Assembly: GCA_041499375.1 (NCBI GenBank)
Contig: JBGQKD010000002.1
Location: 9,880-73,879, forward strand
Direction of reading: 5' to 3'
DNA length: 64,000 nucleotides
Source of the DNA: Gemmatimonadota bacterium
GTDB taxonomy: Bacteria > Gemmatimonadota > Gemmatimonadetes > Gemmatimonadales > GWC2-71-9
A model generated the notes under the pieces. It was not told where the DNA came from. It did no database searches and saw nothing but the letters and a program-made list of their open reading frames with translations. Numbering within the stretch: position 1 is the stretch's first letter; each line of letters opens with the position of its first letter. The position numbers and the translations under genes are program-made. Positions 63,665 through 64,000 of this stretch are shown here, piece by piece.

Positions 63665-64000
63665 TGCTCGTCGAGCTGGGTTGTCTTCTCGCCGTTCTGC
63701 AATCGCCCGCTGCTGATTCTCTCCGACTGCTCGCTCTCACCTTGCCCCAGTCCTCCCTCGTCCTGGAAGTGCGCGAGCGGCCGTTAGCCGTACGGGATGC
63801 CGTCACCGAGTCGCTGCGACGCGGGGAGCTCGACGCGGCGGGAAAAATCGCCGCCGCGTACGCGCTGGCATGGCGCGACTCGTTTCTCGTGCGGGAAGTG
63901 GCACGGTTTGCATTGTGGCCCACCGAACGACGGGCGGGGAAGGTATGGGTGGACAGCGTGCGGCGCGCGGGCATCGCCGCGTACGGTCGCGACGGTCCGG
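63661..64000 (+). CDS. Hypothetical protein, 5' partial (runs off window end)
   Basis: ATG 63661 forms an ATGA overlap with the anti-sigma stop. The frame stays open for 113 codons to the window edge (MMLVELGCLLAVLQSP...). It is absent from the ORF track because no stop is reached. Confidence 0.4.
   Translation, partial: MMLVELGCLLAVLQSPAADSLRLLALTLPQSSLVLEVRERPLAVRDAVTESLRRGELDAAGKIAAAYALAWRDSFLVREVARFALWPTERRAGKVWVDSVRRAGIAAYGRDGP

Noticed and set aside
1-64000. Search for CRISPR arrays, tRNA/rRNA genes, transposases, integrases, phage, toxin-antitoxin or restriction-modification genes
   Set aside because: No repeat-spacer pattern was seen, and no non-coding gap exceeds 168 nt. No ORF has recombinase, transposase, nuclease-toxin or methyltransferase-restriction motifs. 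The only methyltransferase is PrmC.

Overview
This is a 64-kb, very high-GC, almost gap-free bacterial chromosomal segment. Hand counts of single 60-nt lines mostly give 68-80% GC. I call 55 protein-coding genes. I found no rRNA, tRNA, CRISPR array, transposase or integrase. The largest non-coding gaps are only 168, 153, 127 and 114 nt. The gene content suggests Gemmatimonadota or a related FCB-group soil lineage, which is inference only: a 285-aa primary-like sigma factor without region 1.1, an Oar-type TonB-dependent receptor, a subtilase with a T9SS/FlgD-Ig-type C-terminal domain, and several Ser/Thr-kinase-TPR proteins. Positions 1-43 kb are housekeeping genes: sigma factor, yajQ, rimO, hemL, lnt, rpmE-prfA-prmC, tmk, DAHP synthase, smc, rpsF-rpsR-rplI-rsfS and ychF-pth-L25-prs. 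They are packed into long same-strand runs joined by 4-nt start/stop overlaps. Positions 43-64 kb look accessory and deal with the cell envelope. They hold two paralogous transmembrane Ser/Thr kinases (one cut by a single in-frame TGA) and a visibly lower-GC pair of secreted-protein genes (a metzincin-like protease and a HEAT/carboxypeptidase-regulatory lipoprotein). They also hold a CpxP/Spy-like LTxxQ protein directly upstream of the second kinase, DPP-IV and a phosphoesterase lipoprotein. Further on are an Oar-type TonB-dependent receptor start/stop-overlapped with a membrane-anchored SARP/BTAD-TPR regulator, an alpha/beta-hydrolase lipoprotein, and an ECF sigma/anti-sigma pair. There is no classical defence, toxin or mobile system. 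The best candidates for undescribed biology are four. (1) One periplasmic sensor module plus TPR is wired to three different outputs: kinase, DNA-binding domain and stand-alone. This includes a regulator-TonB receptor operon and a CpxP-like/Hanks-kinase pair. (2) A 1081-aa fusion joins a zinc peptidase, a PD40 propeller and an Omp85 barrel. (3) Two tandem SPOR proteins, one carrying a degenerate P-loop ATPase-like domain, are start/stop-overlapped with smc. (4) Long sense-strand poly-G tracts encode in-frame oligoglycine inserts in conserved proteins. All family assignments come from motifs read in the translations. No database search was run.
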